Below are positions 12,794 to 25,450 of a stretch of DNA of 64,000 nucleotides, in pieces. The position numbers and the translations under genes are program-made. Where the stretch lies: contig OZ316898.1 of the NCBI GenBank assembly GCA_973895155.1, positions 11,679,187-11,743,186 on the forward strand. Reading direction: 5' to 3'. This DNA comes from Marsupella aquatica. Taxonomy: Eukaryota > Plantae > Marchantiophyta. The stretch's first letter is position 1. Each line of letters begins with the position of its first letter. The notes under the pieces are model-generated. The model made no database searches, was not told the DNA's origin, and saw only the letters and a list, made by a program, of their open reading frames with translations.

Positions 12794-15700
12794 ATGGGCT
12801 CGAATTCTGAGAGACAGTTTATTGACCGCATTCGCCGAGAGAAGTTTGGAATTGGATCAACGGTATCTAATCCGCTCGCAGGAATGCTGCACGAAGCGAT
12901 CGGTCACCTTTCAGCAGAGTTGTATCAAAAGGACATTCATTTCATCTCAGAGTTGCTCCAGGTAATCGAGCACGAGACTCAAGATGGTCGTCTATTGCTT
13001 CTCATGAGCACTGCTACTTCAATTGATAATATCTGAGTCATGAACAATCGTGCAGTTTAGGTGGCAGGAGGAGCAATATTGCCAGTACGGACGTCTTTAG
13101 ATGGCATCGATCTTGATATACTTCCAGAACATAACAGTTGCTCATTAATTCCCGTGCAGAACGCTGAAGACAACGTCTATGGAAGAGGAGTCTCTCCATC
13201 GTTGGAGATGGTTCTTACTGGCGTCGATATCACCAAGGTTGGGGCGCAGGCAACGCTCATTTTGTTCAATAACGAAGTCGGATTCCAACCTACGCATGTA
13301 GAAGCATTATGTGCTGTGGGGTTATCAACCAAGAAGGGGAAACGTGATAGTGGCTACATTGGAGAGAAAGGTGACATTTACTCGATATGCATTGTCCCAC
13401 TACTGTCGTTGGAGTCTAAGCCCCTACTTTGGAGATTGAGAGCTTGTGTTCAAGTACCCACAACATCCACGATTCCCCAAGCATGCATTGTAGCTAGTAC
13501 TTTTTCTAGCTACTCAGGAGCAACTGTGCATCGCAATCTAGGGTTTTATGTGACTCCCCTCAATATAGATGTACATGAATTATGCTTTATTGCATCGAGA
13601 ACCTATTAAGAAATGTGATTTTTGCACGGATTTTGAATACTTCAATTCTGGCCCTCATCTTTGCTTTTTGGCTTGTGTTGACCATCAGGCATTGGTTTCA
13701 AGAGTGTTTTCCTTGTGACTAGAACACCGTACATCATCAGCAACGGATATCGGTTTCGGTTCACCGACGAAGCTAGTCATGAGGCAAAGATCGGCTACGT
13801 TGTTCCAGAATGGACTGACGTTCCAACCGATGCGGATCTGAGACAGGTGTATGGGAAACAGAACCTCCCGCAAACCATGATCATTCTCCCTTTGAGACCC
13901 GACAAGATCGAACCGGTCCGAAAGCAATTGAAGCAGATTTCTCCGGAGACGCTGCTCTTTTTGTCCAAGCTACGTCAGCTCGTTGTTCGTGAAGAATCGA
14001 GAAACAGTTTGTGCATCACTCGCTCTGACATATCAGCGTCCACGAAGTCTGAGGATGAAAGATTCAAGGTGGCCACCGTGAATCTTTCGGTCGGAAGCCA
14101 TGACACACATGTTTCAGAAGAATGCAACTATCAGTTGCTACAGCAACAGTTTCCTGTCACTCATCGAGTGGAGCAGAGGAAAGAGGTTGACATCTGGGAC
14201 ATCACTATCGCTTTCCCCTTGCTTGAACGTATCAATCCTGGCCGTTCTAGTGGGGACATTTATGCTTTTCTTCCTTCGTACCTCACTTCTGGCTTTCCGT
14301 TTGTCATCAATGCGGATTTTCTGCTAGTTTCATCCCGGGAGACGCTGAAGTTCGACAGCCCCTGGAATAAGGGGATCCTCTCATGTGTACCCATTGCCTT
14401 CCTTTCTGCGTTTAGATTTTTCCTGCAGAATTCCAGCACTTCACGAGGACAGTTGACAGTGAACCCCGCTGTGCCTGTTCGAAAAGCTTACCAGTACATC
14501 CCAGCGGAGCAGCCGCAAAACATGGAACTTAGAGAGGTTCAACATCTTGTTCTAGATCTTCTCAAGCATGAGGATTGTGTGCTGGTTGATTCTCTTGCCG
14601 GCCTCCCATTGAAGGTTGCCGCTGCTTCAGGTGGTGTTCATGACGTGTTTTGCAAGCCAGAAATGGCCGACTAATACGGCCGGAGTTCCGCAGTATCCTG
14701 GAGGCGTCGAATGCAGAGAGCAATTTAAATCCTCTCATCCGGAATTTGAAGTGGTATGTAGTCGACCGTGAGGTGCAGGAAACCTACAGCACGACTCTGA
14801 AATCCCTCGGCATCACTGACATGACGGAGGGCGAGTACATAGAATGCCTCACGCACGAAGACTGGCTGCTGAGTTTAAGTGAAGAGTTGTATCTACAGAT
14901 CGTTTGCTTCGTGTTGGCCTACTGCAGTTCTTCAAGCGCCAGTCCCATGGAAACAGTTCCGATTATAAAATACTGCAAAGAAGATGGGTCAGTTGTCCTG
15001 GCTTGCGTCCAAGAGGCCAAGAGTGCCAAGGGAGTGAAGATTTGCTTATCCCCCTTAAAGAAGGGCGAATGGCTTTCCCAGTGGACGTCAGTATTCAAGC
15101 CTTGGGTCGCTGTACTATTTATGCCGACAGAAACCGTACGAGTTTTGAAACAGTTCAAGAAGCAGAATTCGACGGCAAGTGGAGTATGGAAGCTTTTGAT
15201 TTCTGTGGTCCCAGACTTATCTATCGAGAAATACTTGGTGGACCTCTTGGAGCTGTTGCCAACTGCCAACGATCCGAAATTCGTCATTCTGACGACGGAG
15301 TTTGCGTACCAGTGTATTCAGGAAAATGATATTGCAATGAAGGATTTGTGTAAATTGTATCCTCCAAAGTTCTCTATCGTCAATCAGTCTGGGCATATCA
15401 GCCTGTTCAATAGAGATATTCATTATGACACTACCATTCTTCTTCCAGCACACGGTAGTTTGTGGCCGCAACTCAGCCTCCAGTCGTGGTCGAGTCAACT
15501 AGTTGTATTGTCTGATGACTACGTGAAGACCCCTTCGGCTTGGCCTTCACGTTTAAAGGGCTATATATCCGCCAAGGACGACAATCTGGACTTGGAGCCC
15601 TTTCGATCGTATCTGAAACGTGTCATGGGCGCCGTCGACATTCCAGAGATAATTCCATCAGATGATGCTTGGTATTCAATTCCCGCGCATCTCACTTCAA

Positions 15701-17208
15701 ATATGACCATCGAGCAAGTTAGATTGTTGCTGCGATGGCTGACAACCCAGGTTAAGAATCGGCACGCCACAAGTCGCTTCTTCCAAAACTTGAAGACGTC
15801 TCCATGGCTTCCAACAGAAGGACATGGTCGGCGGGTACCTTCCTTATGTTTCGAGAAGAGCTCGTTTAGTGCTTGTTTCAAGTCGTCCGATGTCCCTTTT
15901 GTTGACCCATTCTTGAGTGCATTTGGACCTACTCTTGCCGATCTCGGTGTTGTCACAGAGAGGGAAACGGGTTGTGAAGCCGTTGTCAACTACATGCTCG
16001 AAATCTCCAATGATACGACGCAAACATATTCATGCAACCTTGGGCAGGCTACTCGATTGTATAAATACTTGCAAAAGTTTCTGTGGAGACCCGCTGCAAA
16101 TTCGAAAAAATTGAAAATATTTGTTCCTGGCGCGACATCAAACTCTTCCAACGCATGGCTTGAAAGTGAGTACTGCGTTGTGCACGAAGATGATGGCCTT
16201 TTCGATAACACCCTTCCTGTGCTTGATGGTTTCTATCACAGCAGCCTTCTTCCTTTTTTCGAAGATGTGCTACACGTTCCACGTCATGCAACAGTGGAGA
16301 GATACTGCCAACTCTGGTTGAAATGGATGATCGATGTCCACGAGATAACTGCAGATGAATGCACTCGCGTTTGGAAAATCGTGACCGAGAAGCGGGAGAG
16401 ATGCAACGCGACCGTGTGGAATGAATTCGTAACGAAAGCACGGGTGCCTTTGCAATCTGAAGTAAACGGTGCCTTTTCGTTTTCATCTCCGAGCACTTGC
16501 TTCATACCGGATGATCTACACCTGCTTTCTTTATTTCGGACAACTGAAGTCCAGTTCGTGTGGTATCCCTGCAACACTGAGCAAATGGAATGCGCCATGA
16601 ATGAGGTTTACCTTCAAATGGGCGTGAAGAAACTGACGGATTGCGTGCAGGCAGAGTTCGTCATTGGTGAAGATTCCGGCCGGGAGCTTTTCATACCCAA
16701 TGGGAGGTTTCAAGGAGCTGGCAATGGAATCCTTTGCCCTGGACTTTTCAGAGCAATCTTGGGTTTCATTGCGAGAAAGAAATATGGGTTGCCGAGCTCC
16801 AAAAGACACAGCCTACTTCTCTCACTGAAGGGAGTCCTACAGATAACCATTACCAGGCCACTCACCAGGTGTTATCGAATTTCTTGCATGTCGTCCCCGT
16901 TGATGGTCAGCGAGGACAATGTTATGGCTTTGTGGTCCAAAACGGATGGGAAGCTCTACTGCCTCGAAAACAACGACCCAATCCTTAAAAACCCTCTTAA
17001 TAGGAGACAGTTTCATGTTCAGCTGGCGACAACGATCTCGCTCGGACTCTTGTTTGAGCACCCACTGATAGTGGATGACCTCACTGAATTTCTTATTGGG
17101 CTACTTGATTGCGTATTTGAGAAGTCTCATGTAGAATACGAACTCCGGAGGAAAAATGCAAAGCTGTACGAGGACGACGAGATTTTCTTGTCGCAATTTG
17201 AAATGTAG
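12794..17208 (+). CDS. Sacsin/NO VEIN-like GHKL (HSP90-like) ATPase protein, copy 1 (~1299 aa if a 1-bp frameshift at ~14667 is corrected)
   Basis: Exons 12794-12961, 13160-13370, 13689-17208. GHKL motifs: LY.KDIHFISELLQNAEDN, NNEVGF, LCAVGLSTKK, YIGEKGIGFKSVF, IISNGYRFRF. Also YAFLP, FPFVINADFLLVSSRE and WNKGIL. Copy 1 reads ATG GCC GAC TAA where copy 2 reads ATG GCC CGA CTA, i.e. one C is missing. The downstream ORF is open for 852 codons. Confidence 0.8.
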
Positions 17209-17323
17209 CGGACGAGGTAGAGGAGTTGAGAATAGGCAATTCTGATGTGTGCAGTGCGGTATAAGCAAATGTTCTGTGATCGAACTTTCCTCAGTCAGAA
17301 ATAGAAATTTGCAAAGTTGTACG

Positions 17324-17470
17324 TACGAGGAGGATGAAATTTTCTTGTCGCAATTCCAAATGTAGAGGAGCTGAGAATATGCAAGTCTGATGTAGTATAA
17401 GGAGTGTAAGCATGCTATGATCGACCTGCTCGGAAATATATCGAATAATTACACTGAACTTTCCTTAGAA
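17324..17470 (+). pseudogene. Duplicated 3' end (last ~13 codons plus 3' UTR) of the sacsin/NOV-like gene
   Basis: TAC GAG GAG GAT GAA ATT TTC TTG TCG CAA TTC CAA ATG TAG (YEEDEIFLSQFQM*) matches the gene end YEDDEIFLSQFEM*. It is followed by a diverged copy of the 3' UTR ending in ACTGAACTTTCCT. Confidence 0.8.
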
Positions 17471-17471
17471 A

Positions 17472-18163
17472 TTGGGAATTAAACTTGACTACTTGTTTGA
17501 ACGTATTAAGTGGCCCAGTGCTCTAGAGAGGAGGGAGCTTGCCACACTTCTTCAGGATTTTCCTGGTTGTGTTGGCATCATTGATGGCACTTTGGTTAGA
17601 ATCCGACGACCAAAGGATGCAAGCCGGCAAAGGATCTATTTTAATGGCCGGAAGAAAATGCGTTCCATGAATAACACAGTGATCATTGATCATAGCGGTC
17701 TGATTACCCATCTTGACCTTGGTGACCCTGGCAGTATGCATGACTCTTCCATTTTGAAGTACTCTGAGATTGATATGGATTGGCGACAGTATTTTACCCA
17801 CGACCCTCCTCATGTTGAGTACTTGCTTGGGGACCCTGGTTACATTGGGAATGACAAGTATATAATGAGACGCATAGGTAAAAAGGAGATTGGAGCTGGA
17901 GCAGACTTGCCTGCCATTAGGGCTTTCAACAAAGTGCACGCAGGGTGTCGGGTGCATGTGGAATGGGGAATTGGTGGCATTAAGCGGAAGTGGAGGCGTC
18001 TCAGTACCAGGTTTGAGTGTACTAAACAGAAATTTGCAGTTTTGTTTTATGCTGGAGCCCTGCTAACTAACTTCCTTCATCGGAGGCGAAGAGAGTCTAC
18101 TCGATTGAGATCATAGCTGAAGGAAACAACAGAGGGCATGGAGCATGGGATGGAGACTTCTAG
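17472..18163 (+). mobile_element. PIF/Harbinger DDE transposase (DDE_Tnp_4/HARBI1-like), 5'-truncated and frameshifted near the C-terminus
   Basis: IKWP..., GCVGIIDGT, YFNGRKKM.SMN, PGSMHDS.IL, LLGDPGY, FNKVHAGCRVHVEWGIGGIKRKW, LTNFLHRRR. An out-of-frame tail GAWDGDF* parallels GWAGDY* in the second element. Confidence 0.85.
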
Positions 18164-18297
18164 TCTCAAAACAGGTACTGCCAACATACCGTTTATCTTG
18201 TCTTATGTGTAAGGACTTCGACACACCGTGACCATTGAAAGTTTGTAGAGCTTTGCTACATCATCATTCTGTCAATTATATTTCACTAATAAATGTT

Positions 18298-18668
18298 TCA
18301 CGCCGTTTGGTTAGGGGACAGGAAGGGACAATGATTGTCAGGAACTCTTGAAGGAGTCTACTATTCTCTTTTCCTCGATTTGCGGCTTCATGGCAGCTGC
18401 AGCTTTTTGTCACCTTCTCAGCTTCACATGTTTTTTATTCATCGAAAGCTTCCAGGAGTTTTTAAAGCTTTTTCTGACAGTTACAGTACAAAGCAGCTCA
18501 CGACTTTTATTCTTGGATACTAATAAAGAAGGATGGTTGGAAATTACTCCCCAACTCGTTTGATTCTGTCCGTTCAGCTTTCTGTCTTGTAAAGTAGAAT
18601 CGACACTATAGTTGTCTCGATGTGACGATTGATTCAAAGAATGATTCTTGAGAAGCGAATTAGCTCCA
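18298..18668 (-). pseudogene. Possible decayed 3' exon of the convergent Harbinger partner ORF
   Basis: Polypyrimidine/AG acceptor on the minus strand at ~18669, followed by an interrupted coiled-coil-like reading (KLLEAFDE*KTCEAEK...ENSRLLQEFLTII). Orientation and position match the partner gene of the second Harbinger element. Confidence 0.3.
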
Positions 18669-19593
18669 CTGCAAAACAAAAACATTGCTTTTAAAAAGCT
18701 GGCTTTATTTCTACTTGTTGACCCTGAAGGATGAAACTTGATTCTTCCTCACAGATTTCCGGTGCAAGCAGTGAGACATTTCAGTACCAATTATTGAAGT
18801 AAAAGCCCCCTTACTTTCATGGATAATCTTTGTTGGGAGAGGATCTTCCCTGAGGAGGACCAAAATTAAAAACCAGTGAAGACAATTAACTTGGACACCG
18901 TCTCCTAAGAAAAATCTTCGAAGGGACAAAGCTTACTCTAGGTCAAGTAAAATAGTTACAAACTCATTTGTGGAATGACATTGAAATAGTCAATAGCCCG
19001 GGGAGTTCCCAATTCCAATTCAGGTAAGACTACTAAAAACGTATCTGGTGTGACTTTGAATTGCAATCATCACTAGGATCTTGTTCATAATGACCATAAG
19101 ATCAGTCATTTTATGTGTCATTCTTTGAGTCATTAAATATATGTCTTGAATGACTTAAGGTGAGTCATATTGAACACAAGCATATATATTCATAATGACC
19201 ATGAGATCAGTCATATAAATCATTCTTTGGGTCATTCAAGTCATGTCTTGAAAGACTTAAGTTAAATAAATTTAAGTAATCATATTGGGCACAAATCTAT
19301 ATGATTGAAGAGTCATACAAAACAGAACCATCCAATACAATTGTTAAATGAAAGTAGATGCTACCAGTCATTCAAATACTAGAAAATCCAATTGGCATTC
19401 CCCATGACATTCATCCAAGATACATGCTTGTAAGTCAAGCAATAACTATTGAACTCAATGAAACAATATATCATGGAAGAAACGCAGATAATATTATCAG
19501 ATGGATTGTCAAATGTTACAATCTGAAATACCAGAAACTCTTAATATCTGTAGAAAAACAGAGTTGTCATTCTCATTCTACAAAACCTACATA

Positions 19594-19848
19594 CTACTTC
19601 TTGGGCCATCTAGAATTCCACAATGTGTTCATCCCCTTCACCTCAGATAACTTAGAATGGTTCCCTGCAGTAGCAAATGGCAATGCCACATCTGGACAAA
19701 ACACTTCAATCACACGCACTCGCAAGAAAGGGCTTTCAAAATCAACATAATGAAACTTATCTTAATTCTCCTGGCAGCTGTGGCACCTCACCCTCTGCCA
19801 CTACTATGGTGGTTGTCCATAACACTCTTCATCTTCCTCTTGCAAAAT
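19594..19848 (-). pseudogene. Terminal exon encoding an En/Spm TnpA-associated (Transposase_23/DUF8039-like) domain, frameshifted
   Basis: After an AG acceptor: ...VVAEGEVPQLPG / DKFHYVDFESPFLRVRVIEVFCPDVALPFATAGNHSKLSEVKGMNTLWNSRWPKK*. This fits the VAxG...H...VxV..V...LP......L..v.G...W pattern. Confidence 0.55.
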
Positions 19849-22800
19849 CTGAACAACACATTTTGTTAGAATGCAAGTAGCACAAATTGAAACTAAAATA
19901 CAATTAAAGACCACTCAAATCTAAAAACACTTTTACCTTTGCAGTGGGGTTAGGAGACTGAATTGGTTTCTTCTGTGCAGGTGATGCATTTGCTGAAGAT
20001 ACTTTCTTCCTTTTCTTCTTTCCCCTTCTAGTTGATGTACTATCTTTTGGCAACTCAGATGATTATAGGTTTCATCGCTTATGTGTTTGTGGAACCTAAT
20101 CATTCTGTTGTGGAACAAACAAAGAATGATTACTTAGGTTCCTTATATGAGAATGTTGCTCAATTTTACATATGGCCAAACACAAACACATAAGCGATGA
20201 ATGAGGTTCTGAGGTATTCCCGGTGCTCACAATGAGAAAAGCTGAGATTCTCAACTGGTCCAGATGCGAGGTTCTCATATTGTTGTGCAAGGCATAAAGA
20301 CATTGTATTGGATGCTGCCTCATGTGCTGATCGATAATTTGGAAGAAGATCCTGATACGAGTAAAACATATGGAACTTGTCACATAACTTTGAATATTAA
20401 TCTTAGATTCTCAAAAGTACAGAAGGTAAAATTAAAAAGAGCTTCCAGTGAAGTCCATGCAGACCTGTATGATTCCGAATATAATCCCAGAGTGTACAAG
20501 TCCTTTCCACACTCATTGCTTCTTCACGTATGGTATATCCAATAGCATGAACATTGGCTCCTTGAGACTTGAGTTCCTTGCTTGCCAATCTTGTAGTTCC
20601 TGGATATCCTGCAATGCAAATCCTGAATCTTGTTGAGCTCCTGTTACAAATAAGCCTGCACAAACATTCAGGGTATAACATGAGGGACCCCAAGCAAACA
20701 CTTTGATGAGGCTTCCTCTATGCAATTTAAGTTCACCACTATTTTATCCCTATACAACACTAACTCAGGTAAACTTGTTAATTTGCTGCTTGCTTTTCTC
20801 TCAGCAACATTCATGAAATTAGATGTGCTGGTAGATCTCTCCCAATCCTGTCACCTTACTGAAAACTACACTGGGCCAAAATATATCTACCAGTCACTTC
20901 AAAAGCATAGCCACGAACGAACCCATATGTACGTAGTATGTGCACTAGACCCCGTGGTGTCAAAATGAGTATATATAAGATTTGGTACCTCTTCTGCACA
21001 CAATTCCAGAAATTCAGCAGTCAATTATTGGCCAGGCTGGATCACAGGCTTGCTTGCAAACAACTGCTTTGGAGCAACACTATAATTGCTCCAAAGCCAT
21101 CAGGACTATAAAAGAAAATGAAGGCGAATGCCCCTCAGTGGACCAAACAAGATACTTTTGTCTTGAACTTTGATGTCACATCTTAGGGATCTAGTCGGGG
21201 ATCTAGCGCGAAGGACAACTATCTTGTTGCAGAATCTATAGCATAAAATAGTCTCGCATGACTGCAAATTAAAGACACTTTTGTCTGGCTCCTGAACAGT
21301 TCCTGACACAAAAGTCTACACCCATTGGTACCCTTGTGACAAGAAGAGAGATTGCATGGGAGTAGGTGAGGCAACTTCCATTAGAGATGCTGGCAATGGA
21401 ATATTGGCTTCCACTTTTGGACTTCTCGTAATCTGTGAACAGAAAGTTGCCATAGAAAGTTGCCATAAAAGGTAAACAAATCTGTGCAGTGACTCCAAAG
21501 TCAAACACATACTCCTGAATGCACTGACGACTCATGACAAAATACAAGGAAAAGGAACAAATCTCAGGGAACTAACATTCTGAATAGAGATAGCCATTGT
21601 TCATGTATTCGCTAACAAAGCATCAATTTTCTTTACATCTAATTTTTTCAAGGTGTAAAAAAGAGAAGTGATTCAAAGTGCTGAATTCTTTGTTCCTTTG
21701 TTTACTATCAAATATCTGTAATTTGTAGCGCATTTTTAGTTGGCTCATCTGTAAATCTTTTGACCCAGGGTAGGTATACTTTTCCCGGCACCCATTTATG
21801 TCTAGATGAATCATGAGCAAATGAAAAAATCACGGGAGAAAGAGGACCACGTACACATACATTTGACCTCAACAGGTTGCAAGGGAAGAGACGTAAAAAT
21901 TGCTGTGTAGTGAAGCTCCCTATGCCTACAGCTCATTGATCAGGTTTTGAACTATATATCTGCAAAAAATTTCGAGGGTAATAACAGGTGAGCTCCAGCT
22001 CAAGTTTATGGACATGTTACGTATTCAGCAATGAACATTTCATGTACATGCTAGGATACAAATCTGCACCGAAGGGCATGAACGACTATCCTACCCAAAA
22101 TGTAAGCACCATGGACTTATTTTCCAGAAATCTCGTGACTGGGCAACATCAATTATTGGCCAAACGCCAGCAAAAAATGATAGAAACCCAACCACTAGAA
22201 CTGTTAGATAAAATTAGCTAACTCTACACACACTAGCTTCTTTGAAGTAAACTGTTGTAATATATACATATATATTGCAAAAGGGGGAAACACTATTCAT
22301 TGACTGCCTACTTATGGTTAGTTGACTTGTCAAACAGGTCCCAAGGTAAAGTTGGCAGAGAACTGTCCCAAAGAAGCAACTGTATTAAAGAAAAGTAAAA
22401 AGGGCAACAGACAAGAGAATCAGGATCCACATTGCAAGTACTAGAAGAATACGCACTATGCACTTAATAATTTTGGCTGTACATATTTCATGCATGAGAA
22501 GGGAAAAGTATACTAAGCTCGGTAAGTAGACCCAACAGTAACTTGTTTCCCCTCATTGAAGGGTCCCTGCTTTACGAGATTCTACTGACGTCGCGTCCCT
22601 CTCAATTTATTACACGTTTGCAAATATGCTAAGCCAATTTACTCTTCTACTCGAAGCAAAATGGTGGCAACCTGTTTCTTTGTGGAAGACTATAATAATT
22701 GTCTAATGTTCAACGTTAAATGTACTCAGTGTAATGGAGTTGGTCAGACAGGTGAGATTGCGCTTCATGATCAAAGATTTTGGGCTCAATCATTCAAAAA

Positions 22801-23109
22801 GAAAGGAGAAAGCTAAGCGCATCTGTCGTATCAATGATCAACTTCAAAAAATCCTAATCTTGCTCAACCTGTTTCGCCTCAAAGATAGGGGATTCTTTGC
22901 AACCACCGGTCTTCAAAAAACTGATTTCAGCTACTTGACCGGGCATTCACGTCATTTGAACAAGCTGAGGTCAAGACAAAAATGGCACCCACCTCAAGCA
23001 GAGCTCTAATTAAGCTGAAGCAAGCTACAGTAGAAGCTGCATTATATGCTCGGGGCATTGACGTCATTTAAGATAGCTGAGATCAAAATGAGAAAAGAGC
23101 TGAGACCAC

Positions 23110-24650
23110 ATATGCAGTCAATTGCTCCAAATGACCTCCAATATGACTACCAACATGACCCTTATTGTAGTCATTGGCATTAATGACACACATTATGTGA
23201 AAATGACCCAATGAAGAGTATACTACCTCTCGGAGTGCCCCCCTTACATTTCCTTTGGAATTTAATAGAATATATCCAAAAACCAAATATCGGCACAAAC
23301 ATGACATAGTTATATAGAAGGACATAGTCTTCCACTAGTATTGCACTATATACCTCTTGGAGAGACAAAAACAATTTTTGTTTGCCTTTGGAACGGATGG
23401 TATGCATGCATGGTGACACTTTTGGCAAATCACTCCAAAGTTGTATGACTTGGCCGGGAGTGATTTCCCCAAGGTTGCATCATCCCTTAAGTAATTGCAA
23501 ATTAAAACATGGCTCCAAAGTGCTCATGGTGCAACTAGTGGTTGGAGAATAGTGGGTATAGTACCCCGCACCTTGTGGAGAGGTTGCCATCTTCATGTGG
23601 GGCTCCATGGCACACTAGGGCCACCTTAAGCTCCTAGACCCAAAAGGGTCATTTCTGATGGTCCATAATGACACCATGAGGGACCTCTATAATGACCCCA
23701 TATGGAGTCATTTGGCACAAACAACTTCCAAAAGGACTGCCAAAATGACCCTCACTGCAGTCTTTGGCATTAATGACACACTATTCCTCCAAAATGACCC
23801 AATGAAGATTACAACACCTACTCACAATCCCGCTCACAATGCCCCGACACTATTTATATGCAAAATGGAGTATTCCCCATCCAAACACCGGCACAAACAT
23901 AACACAATTACATCACAAGATGACAACCTTCCATTGGTGTTGCGCTACTTCTTGGAGAGACAAAAAATGGCTCCATTTGCGTTTGGATACGGTGGTATGC
24001 ATCCATGGTGACACTTTTGGCAAATCACTCCAAAGTCGTATGACTTGGGAGTGATTTCCCCAAGGGTGCATCATGCCTTAAGTAAACGCAAAAACATGTG
24101 TCCAAAGTGTTTATGTCGCAACTAGTGGTTGGACAATGATGAGTCTGTATAGTGTCCTGCACCTAACTGTGGAGAGTTTCTCACCTCTATGTGGGGCCAC
24201 ATGGCACTCTAGGGCCCACCTTCAGCCCCTAGCCCCAAACTGGTAATTTGTGCTTCTGTTTAATGACTGCATGGGGGACCACACAAATGACCACAAGTCT
24301 AGTCACTTGACTTATATGACATCCCATACGACAGTTTTAATGACCCTACTTGTAGTCATTGGCATTTATGACACAAATTTGTCTAGAAATGACCCAATAA
24401 AGATTACACTACATCCTTGATTGCCCCGTCACTATTCATTTGCAAAATAGAATATTCCCCATCCAAACAAAGGCACAAACATGACAATATTACATGGAAG
24501 GATGATAGCCTTCCATTGGTGTTGCGCTACTCTTGTAGAGACCAAAAAAATGGCTTCATTTCCCTTTGGATAGGATGGTATGCATCAATGGTGACACTTT
24601 TGGCAAATCACTCCAAAGTCCTATGACTTGGGAGTGATTTCCCCTAGGTT
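23110..24650. repeat. Three diverged tandem copies of a ~590-bp unit
   Basis: Anchor GGTGACACTTTTGGCAAATCACTCCAAAGT at 23412, 24007 and 24590. GTCATTGGCATTAATGACACA and AATGACCCAAT variants occur in each copy. Confidence 0.85.
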
Positions 24651-25450
24651 GTATCCCCGCGAATATGAAGCATCTTAGTACGTTTCCAAATGTCAAAATC
24701 TCAACGTTGAATGCGAAATGGGATACGGCGTATCCCGTTTGGGATTCACCCTTCAAATGTCCAGTTTTTGTTTCTCTTTAGCTAAAAAGGAGGTTGGATG
24801 CGAAGTGGGATACGGGGTATCCCATATCGCATCCAACCTCCGAATATGAAGCATCTTAGTTTCCAAATGTCAAAACCTCAACGTTGAATGCGAAATGAGG
24901 TACGGCGTATCTCGTTTGGGATTCAACCTTCAAATGTCCAGTTTTGATTTCTCCTTAGCTAAAAAGAGAAACAAAAATTCATATTCGGAGGTTGGATGCG
25001 ATATGGGATACCCCATATCCCACTTCGCATCCAACCTCCTGTTTTAGCCATTTCCATAAAGATTCTCACGTGTTAGTCAAATCTGATTTTCAGGGAATAC
25101 AAATTTGTATACGGTGTGCATTCGTCGAGAGGAAGAGGATACAGAGCAAGAAAAAATGAGCGAAAAAATTTCAAGCGAGGATCTCCTATTTATAGTTTTC
25201 TCCTTGACCGTGGTTAGTTTTTGACTGCAGTTGTATCACAGTCGGTTAAATGTTACCGTTGATAAGAATTGTTTGGGAATATTCTTAACGGGTAAACCAA
25301 TATCGGAACTTTTACTGTGTTTGTTTTTTGGAATTTTTCAGTTGGATCCAAAATGGGATACGTCGTATCCCATCTTCGTATTCGTGTCAATTTTTCCCAT
25401 TTTTTAAAATCTAAAAACTAGTTTTTAGGGGGAATACTAATTCCGTATCC
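24650..25450. mobile_element. Palindrome-rich non-autonomous element (MITE/foldback-like)
   Basis: ~130-bp direct repeat (24660-24788, 24841-24965). A 54-bp hairpin GGAGGTTGGATGCG...CGCATCCAACCTCC occurs at 24788-24841 and inverted at 24987-25040. GGGATAC-NNN-GTATCCC palindromes at ~24720, 24807 and 25355. Confidence 0.55.

Larger units (their letters stand above)
19071..24650 (-). mobile_element. Decayed CACTA (En/Spm)-type element; right boundary not identified
   Basis: CACTA at 19071 is followed by dense AATGAC/GTCAT subterminal-type repeats (19085-19315). Minus-strand exon remnants include a TnpA-associated domain at 19594-19848. The same AATGAC motif dominates the repeats at 23.1-24.6 kb. 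Confidence 0.5.

Noticed and set aside
14650-14674. Programmed ribosomal frameshift in ATPase copy 1
   Set aside because: No slippery heptamer, and the paralogue is in frame at this site; a simple 1-bp deletion or assembly error explains it.
17472-18116. Domesticated HARBI1/ALP1-like host gene
   Set aside because: Lacks an ATG and the N-terminal HTH region, and is frameshifted near the end; better explained as a TE fragment.
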